A stretch of DNA of 63,964 nt, filler included. It is 5 parts of 5 records of this genome, joined end to end, with 100 filler letters (N's around TTAATTAATTAA, not from the genome) between each part and the next. Parts side by side here need not be neighbours in the genome. Positions count along the whole stretch, not along the records: positions 35,219 to 56,968 come from SRR22947725_2663; positions 57,069 to 63,964 come from SRR22947725_2675; 3 more parts are not named here. One strand, 5' to 3'. The notes beneath the pieces were generated by a model. That model worked only from the letters and a program-made list of their open reading frames with translations, searched no databases and was not told where the DNA came from. Positions 46,987 to 58,467 of this stretch are shown here, piece by piece. The position numbers were made by a program, and so were the translations under genes. Positions within the stretch are counted from its first letter, which is position 1. Every line of letters starts with the position of its first letter.

Positions 46987-48248
46987 TTAAACAAAAGTCT
47001 ACCCTTCATTAGTTTGTTTACCTCAACTTTAACTCTACTAATCTCATCTAAGTTTTGAGAATTTTTAATAACTCTATCAATTAAATCTACAATTAGTATC
47101 ATATCTTTTTCTTTCAAACCTCTTGTTGTTATTGCAGGTGTTCCAAATCTAATTCCAGAGGTAACAAAAGGTGATTTATCATCAAATGGAACCATGTTTT
47201 TATTGGCAGTAATATCTGCTTTAACTAATGCTAATTCAGCATCTTTACCTGAAATGTTTTTATTCCTTAAATCAATTAACATCATATGATTATCCGTTCC
47301 TCCTGAGATAATTTTATAATCTCTTTTAATAAACTCATCTGCCATTGCTTTTGCATTTTGTCTTACTTGAACCATGTAAGACATGAAATCGTCAGTTAAT
47401 GCCTCACCAAATGCAATTGCTTTTCCTGCGATAACATGTTCTAGTGGACCACCTTGATTTCCAGGAAAAACAGCTAAATCAACTAATGAAGACATTTTTT
47501 TTAATGATCCATTTTTAAATTTTAATCCAAAAGGATTATCGAAATCTTCACCCATTAAAATCAGACCTCCTCTTGGCCCTCTCAAAGTTTTGTGTGTAGT
47601 TGTGGTTACAATATGACAATGCGGAATAGGATCATTTAAAATTCCTTTTGCAATTAGTCCAGAGGGATGTGAAATATCTGCTAATAAAAATGCATCAACA
47701 GAGTCAGCAATTTCTCTAAACTTTTCAAAATCAATATCTCTAGAGTAAGCTGATGCTCCTGCTATAATTAATTTTGGCATTTCTTTTAATGCTATTTTAG
47801 ATATATTTTCATAATCTAATTCTCCGGTTAATTCATTTACTCCATAAAATACCGGATTATACAATCGTCCGCTAAAGTTAACAGGCGAGCCATGTGTTAA
47901 ATGTCCACCGTGAGACAAATCAAATCCTAAAATTTTATCACCAGGGTTTAAAAAAGCATGATAAACTGCTGTATTAGCTTGAGATCCAGAATGAGGTTGT
48001 ACGTTTGCGTATACTGCTCCAAACAACTCCTTAGCTCTATTAATAGCTATGGTTTCTATTTCATCAACCACTTCGCAACCACCATAATATCTTTTTCCAG
48101 GGTAACCTTCTGCATACTTATTAGTTAATACAGATCCAGTAGCCTTCATCACATCTGGGCTAGTGAAATTTTCAGAAGCTATTAATTCAATTCCATTTAA
48201 TTGTCTTGTTTCTTCTTTTTCAATTAAATTAAAAATTTCTTTGTCCAT
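46983..48248 (-). CDS. glyA: Serine hydroxymethyltransferase
   Basis: [36 protein letters not shown]; start placed at MDKEIF, downstream of the TAAATTTG promoter element. Confidence 0.97.
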   Translation of the reverse strand: MDKEIFNLIEKEETRQLNGIELIASENFTSPDVMKATGSVLTNKYAEGYPGKRYYGGCEVVDEIETIAINRAKELFGAVYANVQPHSGSQANTAVYHAFLNPGDKILGFDLSHGGHLTHGSPVNFSGRLYNPVFYGVNELTGELDYENISKIALKEMPKLIIAGASAYSRDIDFEKFREIADSVDAFLLADISHPSGLIAKGILNDPIPHCHIVTTTTHKTLRGPRGGLILMGEDFDNPFGLKFKNGSLKKMSSLVDLAVFPGNQGGPLEHVIAGKAIAFGEALTDDFMSYMVQVRQNAKAMADEFIKRDYKIISGGTDNHMMLIDLRNKNISGKDAELALVKADITANKNMVPFDDKSPFVTSGIRFGTPAITTRGLKEKDMILIVDLIDRVIKNSQNLDEISRVKVEVNKLMKGRLLFN

Positions 48249-48340
48249 ACTTATTATTGAATATTTAAAAGGCAAATTTAATAACCAAATGATAAATCAT
48301 AAACAAATTGATAACATATTATTAAAAAATAATTAACAAT

Positions 48341-48664
48341 TTAAAAATTATTTTTTATGTTTTTAAACGATATGTTAGAATGTGATGAATTATGAACTAA
48401 CTTTCCATTATTAACAACCATCAACTGAGGCGACTCATGATTTATATTAAAATAAGACGATAATTCGTTCGATAGTTTTTTGTTTTTTATAACATCAATT
48501 AAGTAAAATTTTATATTTGAAAAGTCCTTATAATCAAATTCAAATTTCTTTAAAACTATTCTACTTATAATACACCTGTAAGAATGTTTGAATATTACAA
48601 TTAAATCATCATTATAATTTATATCGTTATTGTCATTCGGCTCAATCCATTTAATTTTAGACAT
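48341..48664 (-). CDS. ytxJ: Bacillithiol-system redox protein YtxJ/BrxC
   Basis: IFKHS-x-RC-x-IS and HESPQ motifs. Confidence 0.85.
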   Translation of the reverse strand: MSKIKWIEPNDNNDINYNDDLIVIFKHSYRCIISRIVLKKFEFDYKDFSNIKFYLIDVIKNKKLSNELSSYFNINHESPQLMVVNNGKLVHNSSHSNISFKNIKNNF

Positions 48665-48690
48665 TTTAAAAATACTTGTAACTTTGTTTT

Positions 48691-49143
48691 GTGAATAAGG
48701 CAGTAAATATATTAAATAAAAAAGCAAAATTTGAATATCAGTTACTTGATCAGTATAATGCTGGAATTGTTTTAACTGGGACAGAAATTAAATCCATTAG
48801 ACTAAATAAAGCCTCAATCTCAGAAAGTTTTTGTGAATTTAATGATAATCAAGAATTGTTTATTGTTAATATGTTTATTGATGAATATGAATTTGGAAAT
48901 CATTATAATCACAAGACAAAATCTCAAAGAAAACTTCTGTTAAATAAAAAAGAATTAAAAAAACTTAACAAAGATGTTAAGAATTCTGGTCTTACCATTG
49001 TTCCATTAAAAGTTTTTATAAATGAAAAAGGATTTGCAAAAATTTTAATATCATTAGCAAAGGGTAAAAAGACTTACGATAAGCGTCAAGTAATAAAGGA
49101 TAGAGAAAATAAAATACAATTAGATCGAATAAAAAAAATTTAA
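48691..49143 (+). CDS. smpB: SsrA-binding protein
   Basis: NKKAKFEY...AGIVLTGTEIKSIR...RKLLL...KGKK-x-YDKR; GTG start. Confidence 0.96.
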   Translation: MNKAVNILNKKAKFEYQLLDQYNAGIVLTGTEIKSIRLNKASISESFCEFNDNQELFIVNMFIDEYEFGNHYNHKTKSQRKLLLNKKELKKLNKDVKNSGLTIVPLKVFINEKGFAKILISLAKGKKTYDKRQVIKDRENKIQLDRIKKI

Positions 49144-49781
49144 TTTAAATCTTTTAATAATGGAACAAATTTAAAACTTCCATGATTTTCTTTTTCAAAT
49201 TTTAATTTTGATATTCTTTTGACAACAATCATTTCTTGAACATTTTTTCCTACAGGAATAACCATTATTCCTCCAACCTTGAGCTGAATCAATAATTTTT
49301 TGGGAATTTCTTCTGCACTAGCAGTAACTAATATTTTATCAAAAGGTTGTTTTTCATCAAGTCCTTTGTATCCATCTCCATAAAATATGTTATATGATTG
49401 ATAATTTAATTTTGATAATAATTTTTTTGCTTTTCTATATAATCTATGTTGCCTTTCTATTGTAAATACATTTTTACATATTTCCATTAAAATAGCAGTT
49501 TGATAACCCGAACCTGTCCCGATTTCTAAAACTTTATCAGATTTAACTAAATTTAATAATGAAGTTTGAAAAGCTACTGTATATGGCTGTGAAATGGTTT
49601 GATTTGAATCAATTGGAAAAGCTTTGTCAAGGTAAGCATAGCTTTCAAAATCACTATCAATAAAGACGTGTCTTGGAACTTTTAGTAATGCTTTTATCAC
49701 TACAGCGGAATCAATTCCTTTATTAATTAAATTATCTACTAATCTTTTTCTTTGCCCTTGATGTTTTGAAGAGTCTATCAT
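49140..49781 (-). CDS. pcm: Protein-L-isoaspartate O-methyltransferase
   Basis: VPRH-x-F, QTISQP, VLEIGTGSGYQ, FVPL. Confidence 0.94.
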   Translation of the reverse strand: MIDSSKHQGQRKRLVDNLINKGIDSAVVIKALLKVPRHVFIDSDFESYAYLDKAFPIDSNQTISQPYTVAFQTSLLNLVKSDKVLEIGTGSGYQTAILMEICKNVFTIERQHRLYRKAKKLLSKLNYQSYNIFYGDGYKGLDEKQPFDKILVTASAEEIPKKLLIQLKVGGIMVIPVGKNVQEMIVVKRISKLKFEKENHGSFKFVPLLKDLN

Positions 49782-49837
49782 ATTAAATTAAAGCTAAAAT
49801 AAATAAATAAGAATTGTATTTTTGAAAAAAATTAAAA

Positions 49838-50803
49838 ATGATTAATGTTGGTGTAATTGGAATAGGACACTTGGGTTCTATTCATCTTAAATTGTTATTA
49901 GAATCAGATTCGTTCAAAGTAATAGGTTGTTTTGATAAAAATACAAGTTTGAAATCTAAAATTAATTCAGATGTATGTTTTTATGAAGATGTAAATCAGC
50001 TGATTCTAAAATGTGATGCTTTATTTGTTTGTTCAAACACACCTTCTCATTATGAAATGGTAAAATTGTGTCTGATAAACAATAAACATGTTTTTGTTGA
50101 AAAACCCATAACTACTACTTTAGAGGAAGCTTTAGAACTAGTTAAGCTTACAGAAAAAAATAATTTAATAGGTCAAGTTGGCCATGTTGAAAGATTTAAC
50201 CCTGCTATAACCTCTGTTTTAGATATTATAGATAAACCTAAATTTATTGAATGTCATAGATTGGCTGAATTTAATCCAAGAGGAAATGACGTTTCAGTAG
50301 TATTAGATTTAATGATTCATGATATAGATATTGTTCTTAAGGTTATAGATTCAAATATTAAAAATGTTAGTGCTAATGGTGTAGCTGTTATAAGTGATTC
50401 TCCTGATATAACTAATGCAAGAGTTGAATTTGAAAATGGTGCGGTTGCTAATTTTACCGCAAGTAGAATATCTTTAAAAAATATGCGAAAAACTAGATTA
50501 TTTCAAAATAACGCATACATTTCTGTTGATTTTTTAGATAAAAAAAGTGAGGTTGTAAAAATTACTAATCTTCAAGAAGAAAAAAATAATTATGCTATGG
50601 TTATAGAAAATATTAAAGGAGAAAAAAAGCAAATTTATTATTCAAATCCAGAATTAAAACCTGTAAACTCAATTATTGAGGAACATAACAATTTTGCAAA
50701 ATCAATAATTAATAAATCTTCCCCATTAGTTAGTTTTAAAGATGGCTTTAACGCCCTTGAACTTGCTATTAAAATAATTAATAAAGTGGATGGAAATAGT
50801 TGA
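49838..50803 (+). CDS. Gfo/Idh/MocA oxidoreductase (GnnA-like)
   Basis: G-x-G-x-x-G, EKP, GHVERFNP, DLMIHDID. Confidence 0.88.
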   Translation: MINVGVIGIGHLGSIHLKLLLESDSFKVIGCFDKNTSLKSKINSDVCFYEDVNQLILKCDALFVCSNTPSHYEMVKLCLINNKHVFVEKPITTTLEEALELVKLTEKNNLIGQVGHVERFNPAITSVLDIIDKPKFIECHRLAEFNPRGNDVSVVLDLMIHDIDIVLKVIDSNIKNVSANGVAVISDSPDITNARVEFENGAVANFTASRISLKNMRKTRLFQNNAYISVDFLDKKSEVVKITNLQEEKNNYAMVIENIKGEKKQIYYSNPELKPVNSIIEEHNNFAKSIINKSSPLVSFKDGFNALELAIKIINKVDGNS

Positions 50804-51443
50804 AAATTTAATTAAAATTTCTAAAATAATTCCCGAACATGTTTTACTTGTTGCCGTAAGTAAAACTAAACCGATAAACTCCATTAAATCAGCATATGTT
50901 CATGGTCACCGTGATTTTGGAGAAAACAAAGTCCAGGAAATGGTAGAAAAACATGATTCTCTTCCAAAAGATATAAACTGGCACATGATTGGTCATTTGC
51001 AAAGAAACAAAGTTAAATTTATAGCACCATTTGTTAATTTAATACACAGTGTCGATAGTTATAGATTGCTTTCTGAAATAAACAAACAAGGGTTTAAAAA
51101 CAATAGAGTTATTAATATTTTAGTACAAATTGACATATCCAATGACAATACAAAATTTGGTTTTACCTACTCTGAGTTTGATGAGTTAATTAAGTTAAAT
51201 AAATTGAAAAGTTTAAAAAATATCAAATTAAAGGGAATGATGGGTATGGCCTCTTACACAACAGATTTGTCTTTAATTGAAAGAGAATTTAACGATCTTA
51301 ATAACTATTTTAAAAAATATAAATTTAATTTAGAATTAGATATCCTTTCTATGGGTATGAGCTCAGATTATGAAATAGCTATAAAATGTAATAGTAATAT
51401 GATTAGATTAGGAAGCACTATTTTTGGAACTAGAATTAAATAA
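50790..51443 (+). CDS. yggS: PLP homeostasis protein YggS
   Basis: VAVSKTKP, FGENKVQE, WHMIGHLQ-x-NK, LSMGMS-x-D. Confidence 0.95.
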   Translation: MEIVENLIKISKIIPEHVLLVAVSKTKPINSIKSAYVHGHRDFGENKVQEMVEKHDSLPKDINWHMIGHLQRNKVKFIAPFVNLIHSVDSYRLLSEINKQGFKNNRVINILVQIDISNDNTKFGFTYSEFDELIKLNKLKSLKNIKLKGMMGMASYTTDLSLIEREFNDLNNYFKKYKFNLELDILSMGMSSDYEIAIKCNSNMIRLGSTIFGTRIK

Positions 51444-51452
51444 TTAGTAAAA

Positions 51453-52730
51453 TTGTATTCAATATTAGACGTAGAAACAACTGGTGGTAAATTTAATGAG
51501 GAAGGAATTACAGAAATTGCGATTTATAGGTTTGATGGGGAAAAAATAGTTGATCAATTTGTAAGTTTAATAAATCCTGAAATTCCTATTCAACCCTTTG
51601 TTCAGCAATTAACTGGCATAAATGATAAAATGCTTATTAATGCACCTAAATTTTATCAAATTGCAAAAAGAATTTTAGAAATTACTGAAAATTCTATTCT
51701 TGTTGCTCACAACTCTTCATTTGATTACAGAATGTTAAAAATTGAATTCGAAAGACTTGGATATAAGTTCTATATTTCACAGCTATGTACTGTAAAACTT
51801 TCAAAAAAAATAATTCCTGATTTAAAATCTTATAAACTTGGAAACTTAGTAAAAAACTTAGGAATACCTATTTCTAATAGGCATAGAGCATCTGGTGATG
51901 CATTAGCAACTGTAGAATTATTTAAGCTACTTCTTTTAAAAGACAATGAAAAAGTCATTGTAAACAGTCTAATAACAGAGACCAAACCAAGTTCAAAGAA
52001 TAAATGGCAAAAGTTGATTAATAAATTACCAAACGATGTAGGGATATACTATTTCCATGATCAAAATGGAAAAATAATATACATAGGAAAGAGTAACAAT
52101 ATAAAAAATAGAGTTAATCAGCATCTAACTGGAAAATCTAAAAAATCATTAAACATTCAATTAGAAGCTTTTGATATAACATTTGAAAGAACTGGAAGTG
52201 AATTAATTGCTTTGTTGAAAGAAAACACTGAAATTAAGAAGCATAAACCTAAGTTCAATAAGCTTTTAAAAAAAATTATTAAGAAATTCTGTTTAGAAAT
52301 ATGTGAAAACTTAGATGGTGATAAATATTTAAGAATATTTCATTATGATGACACAGTAAATTATTTAGAATGCTATTCATCATTAAAAACAGCTAATAGT
52401 AGACTAGAGTTTTTTAAGAAAAAATATGAACTAAGTGACTCAATCAAAAAAAATAATACAAATATTAATCTCTTGATAAAAGACTTAAGTTATAAATTCA
52501 AAAACATGTTACTAATAGATAAAGGAAGAGACATTGATGAAAAAAGTGTTATAGTAGTAAAAAACAATAACTATATCGGATATGGGTTTTTTACTCTTAA
52601 TCATCAAATCAGTAACTTTGAGGTGTTAGATTCGTTGATAGTCAAAAATGAATATATTGAAAATTCTAAGGAGGTTATACTTAAATATTTAAAAAAACAT
52701 AAAATTGAAAAACTAATTAATTTTGATTGA
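51453..52730 (+). CDS. DEDDh (DnaQ-like) exonuclease fused to a GIY-YIG domain
   Basis: DVETTG, AHN-x-x-FD, HRA-x-x-DA; GIYYF...IYIGKS. Confidence 0.88.
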   Translation: MYSILDVETTGGKFNEEGITEIAIYRFDGEKIVDQFVSLINPEIPIQPFVQQLTGINDKMLINAPKFYQIAKRILEITENSILVAHNSSFDYRMLKIEFERLGYKFYISQLCTVKLSKKIIPDLKSYKLGNLVKNLGIPISNRHRASGDALATVELFKLLLLKDNEKVIVNSLITETKPSSKNKWQKLINKLPNDVGIYYFHDQNGKIIYIGKSNNIKNRVNQHLTGKSKKSLNIQLEAFDITFERTGSELIALLKENTEIKKHKPKFNKLLKKIIKKFCLEICENLDGDKYLRIFHYDDTVNYLECYSSLKTANSRLEFFKKKYELSDSIKKNNTNINLLIKDLSYKFKNMLLIDKGRDIDEKSVIVVKNNNYIGYGFFTLNHQISNFEVLDSLIVKNEYIENSKEVILKYLKKHKIEKLINFD

Positions 52731-53649
52731 TAATAAGTTAAATAAAAAATTAATTACCATATCTGGCCCTACTGCTTCTGGAAAATCAAAATTAAGTATA
52801 GATCTTGCTTTAAAACTAAATTGTTCAATAATTTCCTCAGATTCAAGACAGTTTTATAAGGAGATGAATATCGGGACTGCAGTTCCATCGAAAATTGAAT
52901 TATCTAAAGTAAAACACTATTGTGTTCAACATAAATCTGTAATAAATAATTACACTATCAATGATTTTCAAATTGAAGCGTTGGATATTATAAAACATGA
53001 ATTAAAAATTAATGATCATATTATTATGGTTGGTGGTTCGGGAATGTATATGGACGCAGTAACTCATGGGATGGATACATTTCCCAATATTAGTTCTGAA
53101 ATTAGCAAAACAGTTAACTCAAATTACAAACTTTTAGGAATCAAATATTTACATGATAAATTAAGAGAATTAGACCCTGAATATCTATTAACAGTAGATA
53201 TTAATAACCATAGAAGGTTGATCAGAGCCCTTGAAGTATCATTGTGTTCAAACAAACCATATTCATCCTATCTTGGAAATAAAAAAATAAATCACAATTT
53301 TCAAATAATTAATACTGCAATTAAAAGCGATCGAGCTACTCTTTATGAAAGAATTAATAATCGAGTTGATGAAATGATAAATAAAGGTCTTTTAAATGAG
53401 GTAAAAGATTTATTTAAATATAAAGATTTACGTAGCCTAAATACAGTTGGTTACAAAGAGTTATTTCTTTTTCTTGAAAATAAAATCTCCCTAGAAATTG
53501 CAATTAATGAAATTAAAAAAAACTCGAGAAGATATGCTAAGAGACAAATGACTTGGTTAAGAAAAAAAAATGATATTGTATGGATTGAAAATAATATAAA
53601 TTCCGATGATCTATTAAAAATTATACATCAAAGTAATTTAAAATATTAG
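52723..53649 (+). CDS. miaA: tRNA dimethylallyltransferase
   Basis: [12 protein letters not shown]-x-Y, VGGSG-x-Y, YAKRQ-x-TW. Confidence 0.95.
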   Translation: MIDNKLNKKLITISGPTASGKSKLSIDLALKLNCSIISSDSRQFYKEMNIGTAVPSKIELSKVKHYCVQHKSVINNYTINDFQIEALDIIKHELKINDHIIMVGGSGMYMDAVTHGMDTFPNISSEISKTVNSNYKLLGIKYLHDKLRELDPEYLLTVDINNHRRLIRALEVSLCSNKPYSSYLGNKKINHNFQIINTAIKSDRATLYERINNRVDEMINKGLLNEVKDLFKYKDLRSLNTVGYKELFLFLENKISLEIAINEIKKNSRRYAKRQMTWLRKKNDIVWIENNINSDDLLKIIHQSNLKY

Positions 53650-54568
53650 TTTCAATTCTTTTATCTAGTCTATTCAGTTCTTCTTTGACAAATTCTAAAC
53701 CAGTTATTTTCTCATATAATTCTATATATCTATTTGATACTCCTTTTATGTAATCATTAGACATTTCTGGAATTATTTGATTTTCTTTTCCTTGAAACCC
53801 ATTGGACATCAACCATTGTCTAACAAATTCTTTAGACAATTGTTTTTGTGGTAGTTTAGAATTTTGTAAGTCTAAATAACTATCTAAATAAAAATACCTT
53901 GATGAATCGGGAGTATGAATTTCATCTATTAAAATAATTTGACCGCTTTTATTTTTTCCAAACTCATATTTTGTATCAACAAGTATTAAACCTTGATTTT
54001 TGGCTATTCTAGATCCTTCTTCAAATAACTTTAATGAATAATCTTCCAGTTTTAAATAATCCTCCTCATTTACAATGTTGTTCAAAAGTATTTCTTCTCT
54101 TGAAATATCTTCATCGTGAGATCCGTTGTCCGCTTTAGTAGTAGGTGTTAAAATTGGATTTACAAATTTATCATTTTCAATCATTCCATCAGGCATAACT
54201 ACTCCACATATTTTTCTTTCACCAGATTTATAAAGTCTTGCTGCATGACCTGATAAATACCCTCTGACAACCATTTCAACTTTAAAAGGTTCGCATGCTT
54301 GCCCAATAGAAACGTTTGGATCTGGAGAAGAAATAAGCCAATTTGGAACTATATGAGAGGTAGCATCAAGCATTTTACAAGCAATTTGATTTAAAATTTG
54401 ACCTTTGTAAGGAATTCCTTTAGGAAGAACAACGTCAAATGCAGATAATCTGTCGGTTGAAATCATTACTAAAACATCATTTTTAAATTTATAAACTTCT
54501 CTAACTTTTCCAGAATACTTAGAAAGCTGGTTTGGAAAATTAAAATTTGTTTCAGTTAATGTGTTCAT
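53621..54568 (-). CDS. purC: SAICAR synthetase
   Basis: [33 protein letters not shown]. Confidence 0.95.
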   Translation of the reverse strand: MNTLTETNFNFPNQLSKYSGKVREVYKFKNDVLVMISTDRLSAFDVVLPKGIPYKGQILNQIACKMLDATSHIVPNWLISSPDPNVSIGQACEPFKVEMVVRGYLSGHAARLYKSGERKICGVVMPDGMIENDKFVNPILTPTTKADNGSHDEDISREEILLNNIVNEEDYLKLEDYSLKLFEEGSRIAKNQGLILVDTKYEFGKNKSGQIILIDEIHTPDSSRYFYLDSYLDLQNSKLPQKQLSKEFVRQWLMSNGFQGKENQIIPEMSNDYIKGVSNRYIELYEKITGLEFVKEELNRLDKRIETNILNYFDV

Positions 54569-54573
54569 ATTAA

Positions 54574-55524
54574 TTAATTAGAATGTTCAGTGTTTTTATA
54601 AGCTTCTATGATTCTTTTAACAACTTGGTGTCGAATAACATCAGAGTCGTCTAGATATATCATTTTTATACCTTCAATATTTTTAAGGACTAAGTTTGCT
54701 TCTTTTAAACCGGACATTACTCTTCTTGGTAAATCAATTTGACCTGGATCTCCGTTAATCATAAACTTAGCATTAACGCCCATTCTTGTTAAAAACATTT
54801 TCATTTGATTATGAGTAGTGTTCTGACCTTCGTCAAGAATAACAAAAGCATTGTCAAGAGTTCTTCCTCTCATATAAGCCAATGGTGCTATTTCTATAAC
54901 TCCTCTTTTTAAATAATCATCAAGTTTATCTGTGTCAATCATTTCTTTGAGAGCATCATACAAAGGCTGCATGTAAGGGTCTAATTTATCTTTCATGTCA
55001 CCAGGCAAAAAACCGAGGCTCTCACCCGCTTCCACAGCAGGTCTAGTTAAAATAATTTTTTTAACAATTTTGTCCTTTAATGCCTTGACAGCTACTGCTA
55101 TTCCAGTATAGGTTTTTCCTGTTCCTGCAGGGCCTATTGCAAAAACCATATCATTATTAATAAATGCATCAACAATTTTAATTTGATTAATTGTATGAGC
55201 TTTAATTTTTTTCTTTCCAACTCCATGTAATATTAATTTACCTCTTAATGAACTAATTAGTTTTTCACCTTGACCAGACATTATTGAAGTAATGGTTTTA
55301 TCATTGATACTATCGTTATCTTTCATAATCATGATCAATGAATCTAATCTTATTCTTAACTGAGTAATTAAAGCCTCATCTCCGCTGGCAACAATTCTAT
55401 CCCCTTTAATAATAATCTTAATTGAGGGAAAATTATTTTTAATAATTTTTACGACATCAAAGTTTTTTTTATCAAAAAACTCTACAGGATGAATGTCTTT
55501 TATAAAATATTCTAGTTTTTTCAA
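54574..55524 (-). CDS. phoH: PhoH-family ATPase
   Basis: [16 protein letters not shown]-x-LGFLPGD, [10 protein letters not shown]. Confidence 0.93.
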   Translation of the reverse strand: MKKLEYFIKDIHPVEFFDKKNFDVVKIIKNNFPSIKIIIKGDRIVASGDEALITQLRIRLDSLIMIMKDNDSINDKTITSIMSGQGEKLISSLRGKLILHGVGKKKIKAHTINQIKIVDAFINNDMVFAIGPAGTGKTYTGIAVAVKALKDKIVKKIILTRPAVEAGESLGFLPGDMKDKLDPYMQPLYDALKEMIDTDKLDDYLKRGVIEIAPLAYMRGRTLDNAFVILDEGQNTTHNQMKMFLTRMGVNAKFMINGDPGQIDLPRRVMSGLKEANLVLKNIEGIKMIYLDDSDVIRHQVVKRIIEAYKNTEHSN

Positions 55525-55600
55525 ATTACTTATGTTTTATTAAAGGCATATTGTAAATTTATATAATTTTTAGCCTTAAATATTATTTTATTATCATTAA

Positions 55601-56431
55601 ATGAGTGTAATAACTTTAACAACAGATTTTGGAATTAAAGATCATTATGTTGGTTCTGTAAAAGGTGCTTTATTTAATGAATTAGAAAATGTGAACATCG
55701 TTGATGTTTCTCATAACATATCTCCATTTAATATTGTAGAAGCAGCTTATATTGTTGAAAACAGTTATAAAAATTTTCCAGAGGGATCTATTCATATAAT
55801 TGGAGTTGACTCCGAAAAAACAATTGAACAAAGTCATTTAGTAATCAAATTAGATAATCATTTTTTTATATGTGCAAACAATGGAATTATGTCTTTACTG
55901 GCTTCAAAAATAAATCCTGAAAAAATTATTGAAATTAATATTCATAATGATAAAGTCACTACATTCTCAGTGATTGATGTATTTGTCAAAATCGCAGCAC
56001 ATATATACAGAGGCGGTTCAATTGATTTGGTAGGAAATCAGATTTTTAAACTCAAAGAATTATATAATTTAAATCCTATTTTAAATGAAAAATCTAACGA
56101 AATTTCAGGAAATGTAATTTATGTTGATAATTATGATAATGTAGTTACGAACATTTCTAAAAAATCTTTTATTGAATTTGGAAAATCTAGATCTTTTGAG
56201 ATTAATGCAAGGAATTATATTTTTAAAGAAATAGTTAGTTCTTACGGAAATGCTATCAGATTCGATATTAAAAAAGAAAACAGGAAAGAAATTGGTAAAA
56301 AAATTGCATTATTTAATAAATCTAATTACCTCGAACTTTCTATATACAAAAGCAATCCTGAAACTTTTGGAGGTGCGGCCAGCTTATTTGGATTAGATTA
56401 TAGAGATGTAATAACAATTAAATTTAATTAA
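55601..56431 (+). CDS. SAM hydroxide adenosyltransferase (DUF62) family
   Basis: ITLTTDFG-x-KD-x-YV, DVSH, FP-x-GSIH. Confidence 0.88.
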   Translation: MSVITLTTDFGIKDHYVGSVKGALFNELENVNIVDVSHNISPFNIVEAAYIVENSYKNFPEGSIHIIGVDSEKTIEQSHLVIKLDNHFFICANNGIMSLLASKINPEKIIEINIHNDKVTTFSVIDVFVKIAAHIYRGGSIDLVGNQIFKLKELYNLNPILNEKSNEISGNVIYVDNYDNVVTNISKKSFIEFGKSRSFEINARNYIFKEIVSSYGNAIRFDIKKENRKEIGKKIALFNKSNYLELSIYKSNPETFGGAASLFGLDYRDVITIKFN

Positions 56432-56500
56432 CCAGTGTTAATAAATATGTTTTATTTTAACGATAGTTTCTAATATATTTATTGATTATTAATATAATCT

Positions 56501-56968
56501 ATGAAATTTATAGCATCAAGCTCATTATTACTAAAAAACATTCAGGTTTTAGGTGGTATTTTAAACACAAATAACACCCTGCCTATTTTAGATTATTTTT
56601 TATTTAATATTTCTGAATCTGTACTAAAAATAACTGCGTCAGATTTAGAAACGACTTTAAGTGCGGAAATTAAAATAGAATCTGAAGACAACGGTTCAAT
56701 AGCTGTTCCCGCTAAGTTGCTAATAGATACTTTAAAAACATTTCCAGAACAACCACTTACGTTTAATATACTAGATAACAATACTATTGAAATAAGTTCA
56801 AATCATGGAAAATACGCGTTAGCTTATGCAAAAGGAGAGGAATTTCCAAAGACATTGCCTATAACAGATCCTAACAACTCTTCTATATCTTCAAAAGTTT
56901 TATATGAGGCTATAAACACTACTATATTTGCATCAGGAAACGATGATTTAAGACCTGTTATGAGTGGT
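56501..56968 (+). CDS. dnaN: DNA polymerase III beta clamp, 3'-truncated
   Basis: NTLPIL, ASDLET, FP, D-x-LRPVM-x-G. Confidence 0.95.
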
Positions 56969-57068
56969 NNNNNNNNNNNNNNNNNNNNNNNNNNNNNNNN
57001 NNNNNNNNNNNNTTAATTAATTAANNNNNNNNNNNNNNNNNNNNNNNNNNNNNNNNNNNNNNNNNNNN
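56969..57068. other. Artificial contig spacer
   Basis: N44-TTAATTAATTAA-N44. Confidence 0.98.
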
Positions 57069-57418
57069 TTGGCAGTTGCTTTTTTAGGAGAAAGCTTGGA
57101 GCCGCCTGTTTCAGCAATGTCAATTATTTTAAGAAGTGTCAGGTTTTGCTTGTGACCTTGCTTACGACGACTATTTTTTCTACGTCTTTTGTATATCATC
57201 GTTATTTTAGGGCCACGTGTCTGTCTAATTACCTGTGCCATAACTGCAGCATCATTCACTAAAGGACTACCTAAAGTAACTTTCTTGCCTTCACCAATCA
57301 TTAAAATATCATTTAAAACAACTTGATCACCATCATTTGCATCTAGTTTTTCTACTAAGACAACATCTTCTTTTTCTACACGGTACTGTTTTCCACCGGT
57401 TTTTAGGACTGCATACAT
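57069..57418 (-). CDS. rplU: 50S ribosomal protein L21 with C-terminal extension, truncated
   Basis: MYAVLKTGGKQYRV...KRRRKNSRRKQGHKQ. Confidence 0.96.
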
Positions 57419-57498
57419 TTTAAAATTCCGAGCTTTTTGATAATAATTATATAATAATCTAATAAATTAAAAAAAATTTAATAATTATTAGTACGGGG

Positions 57499-57526
57499 AA
57501 TATAGCCTTATAGCGAAATCTGTCAA
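57499..57526 (-). promoter_or_regulatory. Sigma-70 promoter for rplU (TTGACA-N16-TATATT)
   Basis: Perfect -35 and near-consensus -10 on the minus strand. Confidence 0.6.
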
Positions 57527-57588
57527 GCTTTTAGATCATAACTTATCAGTAATAATTATACATTTTTTAGATAATTAAATAGTGTGCT

Positions 57589-58464
57589 TTAATCTACTAA
57601 TAAAGCAGGGTCTAAACGCTCATAAAACCAATTAACTCTCCAATCTAAGTGAGGACCCGTAGACCTTCCAGTAGATCCAACTTCGCCTATTTTTTGCCCT
57701 CTAGAAACAGTATCTCCAACCTTAACATTTACAGCTGATAGATGAGAGTAAACAGATGTTACGCCATGACCATGATCAAGCATTATAGTGCCACCAGTAT
57801 AATATAAGTCTTTTTCAGCCATTCTAACTATAGATTTTATAGGTGCTAAAACTGGGGAGCCTTTCGGGGCAGCAATATCAACACCATAATGTGGTCGTTT
57901 AGGTATGCCATTTAGAATCCTTTGGCTTCCAAATACACCAGATACGATACCCTTAACAGGCCAATTAAATTTTTGGAAGATAAAGTCTATGTTGCTATCT
58001 ATACCTCTGATATACTTAATAGATTTATTTTCTTTTATAATCCTATCGTAGAAAGATTTTGGCGGGGTAACCATCTTGTTCTGCAAGCCATTTATAATTT
58101 GCGTTTTATAAATTCTTTTTTTGATTGAGATCGGTTTTTCAAGCCATACCTTTTTAGATTTTAGAGACAAGTGCGCAATATCTGGGTGATCTCTTCCAAA
58201 ACCAATAATAAAATAACCATCAGAGGTTTTTCTAAGCAATTTGTTTTTAAATTTTATTTCAATTTTTGGATCAGATTTACCTATAACTAATCCACCTTGT
58301 ACGAAATTACCCTCAAGAAAAACTTCAATATTATCATATGTTAGGTTTAATTTCTCTTTTCCAATAGCAGGGTTAATTTGAACAAATAATATGACTAGAA
58401 TTATTTTTAAAAAAATAAAATTTAATTGATTTAATAACATTTTTGTCATCTTACATTCATTCAT
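57589..58464 (-). CDS. M23 family metallopeptidase
   Basis: HYGVD, Y-x-HL, TGPHLDW; signal peptide; start uncertain. Confidence 0.9.
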   Translation of the reverse strand: MNECKMTKMLLNQLNFIFLKIILVILFVQINPAIGKEKLNLTYDNIEVFLEGNFVQGGLVIGKSDPKIEIKFKNKLLRKTSDGYFIIGFGRDHPDIAHLSLKSKKVWLEKPISIKKRIYKTQIINGLQNKMVTPPKSFYDRIIKENKSIKYIRGIDSNIDFIFQKFNWPVKGIVSGVFGSQRILNGIPKRPHYGVDIAAPKGSPVLAPIKSIVRMAEKDLYYTGGTIMLDHGHGVTSVYSHLSAVNVKVGDTVSRGQKIGEVGSTGRSTGPHLDWRVNWFYERLDPALLVD

Positions 58465-58467
58465 AAC

